A stretch of 64,000 nt of DNA, taken from sequence record MK268344.1; one strand, given 5' to 3'. A model generated the notes under the pieces. The model ran no database searches, was not told where the DNA came from, and saw only the letters and a list, made by a program, of their open reading frames with translations. The translations under genes and the position numbers were made by a program. The stretch's first letter is position 1; each line of letters starts with the position of its first letter. This document shows, piece after piece, positions 41,523-52,453 of this stretch.

Positions 41523-43868
41523 ATGATCAACGTTACGAAACGTAATGGTGCTAAGGAAGCACTTAATCTTGAAAAAATTCACCAAATTCTATTTTTCGCT
41601 TGCGAAGGACTAACTGGAGTGTCCGTATCAGAAATTGAGGTTCGAGCACAGTTACAGTTCTATGAAGGTATCGAAACTAATGCAATTCATGATATTCTAA
41701 TTAAAGCTGCTTCTGAACTAATTACAGTTGATACCCCTAACTATCAATATGTAGCAGGTCGTCTAATTAACTATTCACTACGTAAGAAAGTGTATGGTAA
41801 TTATGAACCACCAAAATTCGCTGCACATGTTCAAGATCTAATCGATCGTGATGTATATGACAAAGAAATTCTTGAAAAATATACACTAACTGAAATCGAA
41901 GAACTAGGTAAGTACATCAAACATAAACGTGATGATAGATTCACTTTCGTTGCAATGAAGCAATGGGAAGGGAAATATCTTTGTAAGCACCGTGTTACTA
42001 AGCAAATTTACGAAACCCCACAAATGGCTTACATGATGATTGCAGCAATCGTCTTTATGGAGTACAATCGTGATGTTCGTATGAGCTATGTAAAACGTTT
42101 CTATGATGCAATCAGTAATTTTGATATTAGTCTTCCAACACCAATCATGGCTGGTCTTCGTACTAATACACGACAGTTTAGTTCATGTGTGGTTCTAAAC
42201 GTGGGTGATAGCCTCGATAGTATCGGTGCTTCCAACCATGCTATTTTACGTTATATCTCACGTAAAGCTGGTCTAGGAATTAACTACGGTCGTGTTCGTG
42301 CAATCGATTCAGAAATCCGTGGTGGTGATGCGGTACATACAGGTTTAATTCCTTTCATTACTGCAAGTACTAAAACTGTTAAATCATGCTCTCAAGGCGG
42401 TGTACGTGGTGGTGCAGCAACTATTCACTTCCCACTTTGGCATCTAGAATTTGAAAATCTTGTAGTACTTAAGAACAACAAAGGAACCGAGTTTAACCGT
42501 GTTCGTCAAAGTGACTACTGCTTCCAAATCAACAAAACTTTATACGAGCGTCTAACCAAAAAAGGTGATATTACTTTCTTCTCACCTAGTGACGTACCCG
42601 GTCTATATGATGCATTCTGCTCAGACCAAAAAGAATTCGCACGTTTGTATAAGAAGTATGAAGCAGACCCTACTATTCGTAAGAAAGTACTACCAGCGAT
42701 TGACGTATTCACTGTTCTAATGCAACAACGTGCAGAGACAGGGCGTATCTATGTTCAGAACATTGATTTGACTAACGAACACTCACCATTCGATCCTAAA
42801 GTGGCACCAGTTGAGCAAAGTAATCTTTGCCAAGAAATTGCATTACCTTCAGTTCCATTTGATGATGTAAACAGTGGTGAAGATGGTCTAATCAGCCTTT
42901 GCACACTAAGTGCAATTAATTGGGGCAACTTTGACAAACCTGAAGATATGGAAAATGCTTGCGATCTAGCTGTTCGTGCGTTAGACTCTCTACTTGATTA
43001 TCAGGACTACCCTGTAATCCACGCAGAACGAGCTACACGAGCTTATCGACCACTAGGTGTGGGTATCATCAACTTGGCATATTTCCTTGCTAAACGTGGC
43101 CTACGTTACGATGATGGTGCATTGGAAACCGTAAACACATGGGCTGAAGCATGGTCTTATTACCTACTTAAATCTTCCGTTCAACTAGCGAAAGAAAAAG
43201 GTAAATGTGAATGGTTTGATAACCTAAAATATGCACAAGGTATTCTACCAATTGACACTTATAAAAAATCCGTCGATGAACTAGTAGGTACTGAACTAAA
43301 AATGGATTGGGATTCCCTACGTGCTGATATTGCACAATACGGTATTCGTAATGCTACTACTATGGCTCTAATGCCAGCAGAAACTAGTGCTCAAATTAGT
43401 AACAGTACTAATGGTATTGAACCACCACGTAGTCTAGTATCCGTTAAAGCATCTAAAGATGGTATTCTAAAACAAGTTGTTCCTGAAATTGGTAAATTGA
43501 AGAACAAATACACCCTACTATGGGATCAAAAGAACAACGAAGGTTATATTAAAATTTGTGGTGTACTACAAAAATATATTGACCAAAGTATCAGTGCAAA
43601 TACTAGTTATAACCCAGAACACTTCCCAGATAAGAAACTATCAATGAAAGTACTTCTAGGTGAACTACTAATGTGCTACAAGTATGGACTTAAAAACCTA
43701 TACTATATGAACACCAACGATGGTAGTGGTGAAATTGATATTGAACTACTAGAGAAGTCTCAGTCAGAACAAAAGGCTGAAGCGGAAGAACTAGTACCAA
43801 CAGGTGGATTCATTCTACCAAACCTATCAATGCTACCAGATGATGATTGCGATAGTTGCAAAATCTAA
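41523..43868 (+). CDS. nrdA: Ribonucleotide reductase class Ia alpha subunit
   Basis: ATP-cone VTKRNG, PTPIM, SSC, QSNLCQEI, MPAETS, C-terminal CDSCKI. Confidence 0.97.
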   Translation: MINVTKRNGAKEALNLEKIHQILFFACEGLTGVSVSEIEVRAQLQFYEGIETNAIHDILIKAASELITVDTPNYQYVAGRLINYSLRKKVYGNYEPPKFAAHVQDLIDRDVYDKEILEKYTLTEIEELGKYIKHKRDDRFTFVAMKQWEGKYLCKHRVTKQIYETPQMAYMMIAAIVFMEYNRDVRMSYVKRFYDAISNFDISLPTPIMAGLRTNTRQFSSCVVLNVGDSLDSIGASNHAILRYISRKAGLGINYGRVRAIDSEIRGGDAVHTGLIPFITASTKTVKSCSQGGVRGGAATIHFPLWHLEFENLVVLKNNKGTEFNRVRQSDYCFQINKTLYERLTKKGDITFFSPSDVPGLYDAFCSDQKEFARLYKKYEADPTIRKKVLPAIDVFTVLMQQRAETGRIYVQNIDLTNEHSPFDPKVAPVEQSNLCQEIALPSVPFDDVNSGEDGLISLCTLSAINWGNFDKPEDMENACDLAVRALDSLLDYQDYPVIHAERATRAYRPLGVGIINLAYFLAKRGLRYDDGALETVNTWAEAWSYYLLKSSVQLAKEKGKCEWFDNLKYAQGILPIDTYKKSVDELVGTELKMDWDSLRADIAQYGIRNATTMALMPAETSAQISNSTNGIEPPRSLVSVKASKDGILKQVVPEIGKLKNKYTLLWDQKNNEGYIKICGVLQKYIDQSISANTSYNPEHFPDKKLSMKVLLGELLMCYKYGLKNLYYMNTNDGSGEIDIELLEKSQSEQKAEAEELVPTGGFILPNLSMLPDDDCDSCKI

Positions 43869-43876
43869 TTAAAAAG

Positions 43877-43900
43877 AGTCCCACATGAAGTGGGACTTTT
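43877..43900 (+). terminator. Terminator between nrdA and nrdB
   Basis: AGTCCCAC-atgaa-GTGGGACT-TTT. Confidence 0.75.
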
Positions 43901-43931
43901 CTTTCACAGAAATAAACAAAAGGAATTGTAA

Positions 43932-45056
43932 ATGTCAGTATTTAAAATTAACGAGAAATCACACTTAGAAAAGCATATGTTTTTTGACGAGTCTGTTGAT
44001 ATTCAACGTTTTGAATCCGTAAAGTATCCAGCATTGGAAAAATTAACAGAACAGCAAAAGAGTTTCTTCTGGACACCAGAAGAAGTAGATGTGACTCGTG
44101 ATAAAATTGACTTCTCCGGTTTGAGTGATAATGAGAAACATATCTTCACATCGAACCTTAAACGTCAAATCCTTCTAGATTCAGTACAAGGACGTGGCCC
44201 GAACTTAATGCTACTACCTTATGCATCCCTACCTGAACTAGAAAACTTTATTGAAACTTGGGCTTTCTTTGAAGGTGCTATCCATAGTCGTTCATATACG
44301 CATATTATTCGTAACGTATATCCAAACCCATCCGAAGTGTTTGATACTATGCTCGACATTCCTGAGATTACTTCTTGTGCTGCTGATATTGCAAAGTACT
44401 ATGATGATCTTGATGTAGCTGGCACTTACTATAAGATGCTAGGACTCGGTACTCATATTATCAATGGTGAAACTGTTGAAGTTAGCGAGTATGAACTCAA
44501 GAAGAAACTATGGCTATGCTTGAACAGCATTAACGTACTAGAAGGTATTCGCTTCTATGTATCCTTTGCATGTTCATGGGCTTTTGCAGAAAACAAACTA
44601 ATGGAAGGGAATGCTAAAATCATCCGTCTAATTTGTCGTGATGAGAACCTTCATTTAGCAGCTACCCAAATGATTCTTCGCCTACTCAAGAAAGAAGATC
44701 CAGACTTCGCTAAAATTGCAGAAGAATGCCATGAAGAAGTACAAACAATGTTCATGGATGCAATTCGTCAAGAAGAAGAATGGGCTGACTATCTATTCAA
44801 AGATGGTTCTATTATTGGATTGAACGCTCAAATTCTAAAAGATTATATTCGTTGGATTGGTTCTAAACGTATGATTGCAGTTGGCGTTAAATGTCCATTC
44901 AGTGTATCCAAAAACAATCCACTACCTTGGACTGTAGAATGGATCAGTAGTGCTGATGTACAAGTGGCACCACAAGAAACTGAAATAAGTTCTTATATTA
45001 TTGGTGGTATCACTAATGATATTGAAGAAAATGATTTTTCAGATTACGATTTATAA
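43932..45056 (+). CDS. nrdB: Ribonucleotide reductase class Ia beta subunit
   Basis: FFWTPEE, LLDSVQGR, EGAIHSRSY, DENLH, VAPQETE. Confidence 0.97.
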   Translation: MSVFKINEKSHLEKHMFFDESVDIQRFESVKYPALEKLTEQQKSFFWTPEEVDVTRDKIDFSGLSDNEKHIFTSNLKRQILLDSVQGRGPNLMLLPYASLPELENFIETWAFFEGAIHSRSYTHIIRNVYPNPSEVFDTMLDIPEITSCAADIAKYYDDLDVAGTYYKMLGLGTHIINGETVEVSEYELKKKLWLCLNSINVLEGIRFYVSFACSWAFAENKLMEGNAKIIRLICRDENLHLAATQMILRLLKKEDPDFAKIAEECHEEVQTMFMDAIRQEEEWADYLFKDGSIIGLNAQILKDYIRWIGSKRMIAVGVKCPFSVSKNNPLPWTVEWISSADVQVAPQETEISSYIIGGITNDIEENDFSDYDL

Positions 45057-45061
45057 TACTT

Positions 45062-45084
45062 AGGGACACATTGTGTCCCTTTTT
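45062..45084 (+). terminator. Terminator after nrdB
   Basis: AGGGACAC-att-GTGTCCCT-TTTT. Confidence 0.8.
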
Positions 45085-45098
45085 CATTGGAGTTATAT

Positions 45099-45281
45099 AT
45101 GAGCGACGTTTTTTCTTTTATGAGAGATGTTGAGTACGTAATAGTACTAGAAGGTTCTATTCAATTAACAGGTATGGTTGAAGAAACTTATGATAACGGT
45201 ATTCAGTTACATGATGGAACCTGCATTCCACAGGATAAAATTTTATTTTTCAAAGCAAATCTTGGGACAAATCCCGAATAA
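45099..45281 (+). CDS. Small protein, possible Sm/Hfq-like fold
   Basis: ATG 45099 after GGAG; IVLEGSIQLTGMVE..GIQL pattern. Confidence 0.45.
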   Translation: MSDVFSFMRDVEYVIVLEGSIQLTGMVEETYDNGIQLHDGTCIPQDKILFFKANLGTNPE

Positions 45282-45292
45282 TGTGATATAAT
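45262..45292 (+). promoter_or_regulatory. GGGA-class promoter (YggL/MazG operon)
   Basis: TTGGGACA-17-TATAAT. Confidence 0.85.
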
Positions 45293-45320
45293 AAACACAT
45301 CAATAACACAGGAGAAAAAA

Positions 45321-45554
45321 ATGGATAAAAACGCACTAAACGAAATGGTAGAAGAAAGCATTGAAACCGCTGGTGAAGAAGTTGGATACACTCTAAGCGA
45401 AGAAGAACTAGAATATTCTAAAAAAATCATTGCTCAACTATCTGGCTATTACGCTCGTAAAGATGCTAAGAAAGTAGAATATCGTAAAATCAAACAGCGT
45501 CGTCGTGCGGCAAACAAAACTGCAAAAGCATCTCGTCGTAAGAACCGCAAATAA
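45321..45554 (+). CDS. Small protein, acidic N-half and Arg/Lys-rich tail
   Basis: Ends KQRRRAANKTAKASRRKNRK. Confidence 0.7.
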   Translation: MDKNALNEMVEESIETAGEEVGYTLSEEELEYSKKIIAQLSGYYARKDAKKVEYRKIKQRRRAANKTAKASRRKNRK

Positions 45555-45563
45555 GAGGTATTG

Positions 45564-45956
45564 ATGAATTTCACTTTTGAACAAATTCAAGAGACTTTTC
45601 CTAAACACGCCAACCGCTCTAAGCGGTTGCGTAAGAAGTTACATGTAGATGACTTCGCGGAAATTATGTTTTCGTTTACATTAAAAATTCCAGTATTTGA
45701 TTTATCACCCAAGCTACAGGATGCTTGTTTGGATATCATGTGTGAACATGATGCTGGATGTTTTATCTTTTCTGATAGTTCATCTGCATCATTCAGTGTA
45801 TTGTCTGGATTATTAAAGAAAAGTGTAAAAAATCAAGAAGAAATTATTTCGTACATTACGAATTTGATTTCAAAACTTTCAGAAGTAGAAAAAGAATTTA
45901 GGAATATTGACGCAGTACATGTAACATATGGTGATGCGTATTATGGAGAATGGTAA
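45564..45956 (+). CDS. YggL-like (DUF469) putative ribosome-binding protein
   Basis: NRSKRLRKKLHVDDF versus E. coli YggL NRSRRLRKKMHIDEF (recalled). Confidence 0.7.
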   Translation: MNFTFEQIQETFPKHANRSKRLRKKLHVDDFAEIMFSFTLKIPVFDLSPKLQDACLDIMCEHDAGCFIFSDSSSASFSVLSGLLKKSVKNQEEIISYITNLISKLSEVEKEFRNIDAVHVTYGDAYYGEW

Positions 45957-46648
45957 TGAATGTACAAACCCAAATTGCACAAGTAGCTAATTTTATGAAA
46001 GCTGCTGGTCAAGAAATCAATATTACACCAACAGCAGTAAGTCTAGGTGTTGCAAATCTACGTTATAATCTAATCATTGAAGAGATCGCAGGTAGGAATG
46101 AATTTCAATACTGTTCCGAACGTGATGACCTTGTTGGTATGCTAGATGGTCTATGTGATATTCTTTATGTTGTATATGGTGCAGCACTAACCTTTGGTGT
46201 TAAAATTAAAAGTACTGAAGTAGCTCATGGCATCGCGGCTGGTAAATTAGCTCCTGCACATATTTCAATTGACGCAGCTAAGAATATGATTTTCGATAGT
46301 GATCAATTTGTAGTAGGATACAAAACAGGAAATCTACATCTAGTAGAACAATCATTAACGAACATTGTTAATGTTGTTTATGAGTATGCTCGCGTGATTA
46401 ATGTTGATTTATCTGGTGCATTCAATGAAGTTCATCAATCTAACATGAGCAAGTTCAGCCCTACTAAAGAACATGCAGAAGAAAGTGCAGCGACTCGTCT
46501 AATTAAAGGTGATGAGAAATATCGCAATATTTATGTTGACAGTGTAACTATTGATGGTGAAACATTGTGGATGATCAAACGCACTGAAGATAACAAGATT
46601 CTAAAAAGTCTTAATTTCTTTGAGCCTGATCTAAAAAAATATGTATAA
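45956..46648 (+). CDS. MazG-like NTP pyrophosphohydrolase
   Basis: LIIEE, DGLCDILYVVYG, AFNEVHQSNMSK, KILKS..FFEPDL. Confidence 0.85.
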   Translation: MNVQTQIAQVANFMKAAGQEINITPTAVSLGVANLRYNLIIEEIAGRNEFQYCSERDDLVGMLDGLCDILYVVYGAALTFGVKIKSTEVAHGIAAGKLAPAHISIDAAKNMIFDSDQFVVGYKTGNLHLVEQSLTNIVNVVYEYARVINVDLSGAFNEVHQSNMSKFSPTKEHAEESAATRLIKGDEKYRNIYVDSVTIDGETLWMIKRTEDNKILKSLNFFEPDLKKYV

Positions 46649-46652
46649 AGAA

Positions 46653-46674
46653 AAAGGAGGCTTTTGCCTCCTTT
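46653..46674. terminator. Bidirectional terminator
   Basis: AAAGGAGGC-tttt-GCCTCCTTT between convergent genes. Confidence 0.85.
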
Positions 46675-46681
46675 AATTATG

Positions 46682-48085
<1,404 letters not shown>

Positions 48086-48132
48086 TTATTTTGTTTTTGT
48101 TATGTAACTATTTAGCAACAAAATATGATTTT

Positions 48133-48163
48133 TTGGGACAAATCGGAAATGATGTGATATAAT
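48133..48163 (+). promoter_or_regulatory. GGGA-class promoter (DHFR/RNase HI/Dda operon)
   Basis: TTGGGACA-17-TATAAT. Confidence 0.85.
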
Positions 48164-48193
48164 ATAAAAACATACAACTAACGAGGAACATAT

Positions 48194-48607
48194 ATGTTGG
48201 ATATTGTTGTAAATCTTATAGGTATAATATTCTTTACAATATTAGCGGCTTCTGGCTTTACACTAACTGCACAAATATTTTTGTGGGTGAGTGTCTTTGT
48301 TTTTTCTGTTCTAACATTCATCGCATGGATTACGGTAGAACATAACAAAAATCTTTATAAAAGTGGGAAAAGATTATCAAAAGATTTTATTCAAATGATA
48401 CCACTTTTAGCAAATACAGATTTTGATACAAAATGTGCACACATTTTCTGTGCAAGTATTATTATTGCAATCATTGCATTTTACTTACTACATGTTGTAT
48501 TTCTATCAATTGCAGTTATAGCAGTAATGATTTTACGCATTGTAGTACTACAGAATATAAAGGAGTTTATTCGTAATGTCGAAAATGATCCTAGCCACGA
48601 ACAGTAA
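48194..48607 (+). CDS. Hypothetical membrane protein
   Basis: Several hydrophobic segments. Confidence 0.7.
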   Translation: MLDIVVNLIGIIFFTILAASGFTLTAQIFLWVSVFVFSVLTFIAWITVEHNKNLYKSGKRLSKDFIQMIPLLANTDFDTKCAHIFCASIIIAIIAFYLLHVVFLSIAVIAVMILRIVVLQNIKEFIRNVENDPSHEQ

Positions 48608-49079
48608 TGGTGGAATTGGTATAAACAATACGATTCCTTGGCATAGTTCAGCAGATTTTAAACACTTCAAAGAAGAGACTATGGATAAAATCGTTATTAT
48701 GGGTTTTAACACTTGGAAGTCTCTACCTAAACGCCCACTACCCGGACGATTAAACATCGTCCTTCTTTCTCGCGAGTACAGTAAAGAGAACCGCGATGAT
48801 GTTGATAAAGACACTTCAGTACTCTTTCTTGATATCGAAAACTTAGAAAGTATTATTGCTAATAACCCCGATTGTGTTGTCATCGGTGGAGCTAAAATTT
48901 ATGAAGAAGCAATAAAGTATGTTGATACAATTGTACTAAGTATAATTGAGGGGGAGCATGAGTGTGATACCTTTTTTAATATTCACACCCATGCAAGGGA
49001 AGAGAACGTTCATTTAGAATTGGGTTTGGTTAAAATGTTAGATGATGGAACTATGGTAGAATATTGGAATACTATATAA
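48576..49079 (+). CDS. frd: Dihydrofolate reductase
   Basis: GGIGINNTIPW, DFKHFK, MGFNTWKSLP.RPLPGRLN, IGGAKIY, CDTFF. Confidence 0.95.
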   Translation: MSKMILATNSNGGIGINNTIPWHSSADFKHFKEETMDKIVIMGFNTWKSLPKRPLPGRLNIVLLSREYSKENRDDVDKDTSVLFLDIENLESIIANNPDCVVIGGAKIYEEAIKYVDTIVLSIIEGEHECDTFFNIHTHAREENVHLELGLVKMLDDGTMVEYWNTI

Positions 49080-49093
49080 TTGGGGTATAAAGG

Positions 49094-49528
49094 ATGTATA
49101 CGATTTACACTGATGGATCATGTTTAGGCAATCCGGGGCCGGGTGGTGTTGGGATTGTAGTACTTAAAGATGGAGAGGAAATTGGTCGCTTCTCTTTTGG
49201 TGAGAAGCACACCACAAACAACCGAATGGAACTACTTGCAGCCATGAGTGGAATTGCATACGTTAAAGAAACTTTTGGTTATGATAGTAAGATAAAGGTA
49301 ATAACTGATTCTCAATATGTCGTGAACGGAATGACACAATGGAGACATGGTTGGAAGAAAACAAATTGGAAAGGTTGTAAAAAGAATCTAGATTTGTGGA
49401 AAGAGATTGATGTTTTGGGGGATGATTGTGAATTTGGATGGGTTCGCGGTCATAACAAAGACCATTACAATGAAATAGCTGATGACTTAGCACAAGCAGC
49501 AGCACATGAGGCGAAGGAGACGCAATGA
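49094..49528 (+). CDS. rnhA: Ribonuclease HI
   Basis: YTDGSCLGNPGPGG, TNNRMEL, TDSQY, WVRGH, NEIADDLA. Confidence 0.96.
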   Translation: MYTIYTDGSCLGNPGPGGVGIVVLKDGEEIGRFSFGEKHTTNNRMELLAAMSGIAYVKETFGYDSKIKVITDSQYVVNGMTQWRHGWKKTNWKGCKKNLDLWKEIDVLGDDCEFGWVRGHNKDHYNEIADDLAQAAAHEAKETQ

Positions 49529-50871
49529 GTAATATCACGCTTACGGACAAGCAACAAGAAGTATATGATGATTTCATAGACCGAGTACACAACTTTCCGG
49601 GTCGTTCCGAATGTGTTCTAGTTGGTTATGCTGGTACTGGTAAAACAACACTAGTAGCTGAAATTGTCGAAAGTTTATATAGAGGCTATAATATAGCTGT
49701 AACATCACCAACACATAAAGCAAACTCGGTCATCCGAAAAATGCTTACACAAAATGTTGGCCTAAGTGCACAAGATGCACAAGTAAGTACTATACATTCT
49801 TTTTTAGGATTGAAACTAGTTTATGAAAAGAATCGTCAAGTACTAAAGCATGATCCACAATCTAAAAATAGTACATCTATGGTTGATGTTCTTATCGTTG
49901 ATGAATGTTCTATGATTTCTGAGGAATTGTATCAGCATATCGTTGACCAGATGTATCGTGTTCGACGTGCTATTTTGTTCGTGGGAGATTCCTGTCAGTT
50001 ACCACCCGTTGAAGCGGAAGGTACTATTGGTGAATCTAAACTAAGTCCGACCTTTAATGTACCAGTAAAATATGAACTTACTGAAGTACTTCGTCAAGCG
50101 TTGGATAATCCAATTATTAGTATCGCAACTGCGATTCGTGAGTGTATCGGAACTAATGGTGATCCATTGGCAATCCTTGATACTACTTACGGACTTGATA
50201 CCATCATCCCAATCGACGATGAACAAGTATTCTTGGATGTATATAAAGAAATGATTCTTGAGCATAAGGGTTCTTCTAAGAAAATCTTTGATTTTGTTCA
50301 AGAAAACAAGATTATTGCGTACACAAACTATCGTGTTAGCCTTTCTAATATTTATATCCGAAGCGAATTATTTGATAAACATCAAGACGTTGAATTCATA
50401 AAAGGTGAACCAATTGTCTTTGATACTGTTACTGAGAACTGCCCCTATGCGAATCAGGAAATTATTCAATGTCCTGAAGTACGCAAAGAGAGTTTCTTGG
50501 GGATTGATTGTTGGCAATTCAAACTACCTAATGGAAACTATATTCTAGGTGTTGGGCCAGAGTCCAAACAAGGTCTCGACGACTATCTAGATGATTTGGT
50601 GAAGAAGATTGAAAAGAAAGATATGAATCCTCTAACCAAACGTGCATATCAATGGCAAGACTATTACATTATCAAAAACAAAATCAACATCATTAACTAT
50701 CCATATGCTACGACAGCACATAAATCTCAGGGTAGTACTTTTGATAATATTTGGTTTGATACTGATTTCATCGAACGCATTCGTAATAATGATACCAAAT
50801 GTCGTATCATTTATACTGCGATGACTCGCCCACGATACAATGTTATGTTCCGTAAAAATGGAATGTTCTAA
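49525..50871 (+). CDS. dda: Dda-like SF1 helicase
   Basis: GYAGTGKT, VDECSM, GDSCQLPPV, RQA, YATTAHKSQGST. Confidence 0.92.
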   Translation: MSNITLTDKQQEVYDDFIDRVHNFPGRSECVLVGYAGTGKTTLVAEIVESLYRGYNIAVTSPTHKANSVIRKMLTQNVGLSAQDAQVSTIHSFLGLKLVYEKNRQVLKHDPQSKNSTSMVDVLIVDECSMISEELYQHIVDQMYRVRRAILFVGDSCQLPPVEAEGTIGESKLSPTFNVPVKYELTEVLRQALDNPIISIATAIRECIGTNGDPLAILDTTYGLDTIIPIDDEQVFLDVYKEMILEHKGSSKKIFDFVQENKIIAYTNYRVSLSNIYIRSELFDKHQDVEFIKGEPIVFDTVTENCPYANQEIIQCPEVRKESFLGIDCWQFKLPNGNYILGVGPESKQGLDDYLDDLVKKIEKKDMNPLTKRAYQWQDYYIIKNKINIINYPYATTAHKSQGSTFDNIWFDTDFIERIRNNDTKCRIIYTAMTRPRYNVMFRKNGMF

Positions 50872-51074
50872 TGAAAGATAAAGAAGAATATGAATATCAA
50901 GCTCATAAATTCGTGTTCAGTAAAACCGTTGGTAAACAGTACTGCGTATATTGTGGTTTAGTGAATACCAATAATGATTTCACGAAATGGGCGGTAGGAA
51001 AAGGGTGTTTGAATGCTTTACACCCTTCATATAAAAGTGTTAAACGGAAATACACTAATCGTTTTGATTTTTAA
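50871..51074 (+). CDS. Small Cys-containing hypothetical protein
   Basis: 67 aa, CVYC motif. Confidence 0.65.
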   Translation: MKDKEEYEYQAHKFVFSKTVGKQYCVYCGLVNTNNDFTKWAVGKGCLNALHPSYKSVKRKYTNRFDF

Positions 51075-51112
51075 AAATAAATAAGAAAAAGTGTTCTTTA
51101 TGGAGAAATAAG

Positions 51113-51652
51113 ATGAACAATTTATTCAAAGCATTTACAATCAAGGTTCCCGGTCAAGATCTAGATGATAAGCGTTTCTTCGAGTATGAAGATTTCGATT
51201 CATCCGATATGACCACACCAACTGACGAACAAGTGCTAGCGAAAGCTATCGCTTATACTCGTATGCAACAAATCAAACGTAAGCTATCAGAACTAACTGT
51301 ACCAATTTATTGCACTGTTGAATTTGCAACAGAAGGTACAGCAAGTACTGTTCCATCAGATGCTACTATTACTGTTGGTTACATTAGCTACGAGCCATTT
51401 GTTAGTACTGCTAACCCGATTCCAGATGAAGAATCTGCACAAATTACTGCTGCTGAAGAGGCAATCAAGAAAATCATTGATGATGCAATGGGTAGTGAAC
51501 TAGTTCAAGAAATGGCTGCTGTACAGAAAATCACATCACGTACTATTACGCCTCTACTAACTAAGGAAGAAAGTTATCGTGATGTATATATGGATTACAT
51601 TGATGTACCTTCAGTCACGGTATCCAGTACTGTAGCATTCGTTAAACTATAA
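51113..51652 (+). CDS. Putative virion structural protein
   Basis: Late box AATAAATA at 51076; GGAG RBS. Confidence 0.55.
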   Translation: MNNLFKAFTIKVPGQDLDDKRFFEYEDFDSSDMTTPTDEQVLAKAIAYTRMQQIKRKLSELTVPIYCTVEFATEGTASTVPSDATITVGYISYEPFVSTANPIPDEESAQITAAEEAIKKIIDDAMGSELVQEMAAVQKITSRTITPLLTKEESYRDVYMDYIDVPSVTVSSTVAFVKL

Positions 51653-51677
51653 TATTTTTAGCATGGAGTCTATTGAC

Positions 51678-51875
51678 ATGGAACAGAAAGCCTTTTATAA
51701 TCGTATGTATGAAAACCGTGAAGCATTTGAAAAAGTGATTTACGAGTTGGAACAAATGATTGACCAAGCACCTAATGCTCGCACACGCACCCAAGCTGAG
51801 TTGGCTAAGAACCAACTTATTCAGGTACAAATGATTGCTGATGCATTTCGTGAATATAGTAACAAAAAGGGTTGA
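51678..51875 (+). CDS. Small helical hypothetical protein
   Basis: ATG 51678 after GGAG. Confidence 0.6.
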   Translation: MEQKAFYNRMYENREAFEKVIYELEQMIDQAPNARTRTQAELAKNQLIQVQMIADAFREYSNKKG

Positions 51876-51886
51876 CAGCCCTTTTT
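51864..51886 (+). terminator. Terminator with a -35 box in its loop
   Basis: AAAAAGGG-ttgacag-CCCTTTTT. Confidence 0.7.
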
Positions 51887-51900
51887 AAATGACATATAAT
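51872..51900 (+). promoter_or_regulatory. Consensus sigma70 promoter of IF3-ClpS
   Basis: TTGACA-17-TATAAT. Confidence 0.88.
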
Positions 51901-51934
51901 ATACATAACTTAATACGACTGGAGTCTATAATAC

Positions 51935-52441
51935 ATGAAAGAAATTATTGCCAATAAAGAAATCAAAGCTAAAACTGTTCGTCTAGTCACTGGCAGTGGT
52001 AGTGATGTAGTGGCAATTTCAGAAGCACTTAACCGTGCTGACGCATTGGGTCTTGACCTCATTCAAGTGAATGATGGTGATGTGCCTGTGGTTAAAATTG
52101 TGGATTTGAACAAACACAAGTTCGAACTCAAACAAGCAGAAAAAGAAGCACAACGTAAGCAGCGTCAGAACGTAACGCAAGTTAAAGAAGTTCAGTTCTC
52201 GTTCAAAACACAAGAGAATGATCTTAAAGTAAAAGCGAAATCTGCTTCCAAATTCCTTTCAGAAGGAAAACATGTTCGTGTCGTAATGGCAGTTGAAGGG
52301 CGTATCGCTGGTAACCAAGCACTACTAGAACAGAATACATCCTTCTTGAAACAATTCGTAAATCGTCTCGGTGATGTAGAATTTGTTCAAAATGTTGAAG
52401 TACAGGGCAAAAAAGCCACGTGTGTAATCAAGAACAAATAA
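51935..52441 (+). CDS. infC: Translation initiation factor IF3 homolog
   Basis: NKEIKAKTVRLV, EAL..A...GLDLIQV, PVVKIVD, VKEVQF, KFLSEG, GR. Confidence 0.9.
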   Translation: MKEIIANKEIKAKTVRLVTGSGSDVVAISEALNRADALGLDLIQVNDGDVPVVKIVDLNKHKFELKQAEKEAQRKQRQNVTQVKEVQFSFKTQENDLKVKAKSASKFLSEGKHVRVVMAVEGRIAGNQALLEQNTSFLKQFVNRLGDVEFVQNVEVQGKKATCVIKNK

Positions 52442-52453
52442 CGAGGTATTAAT

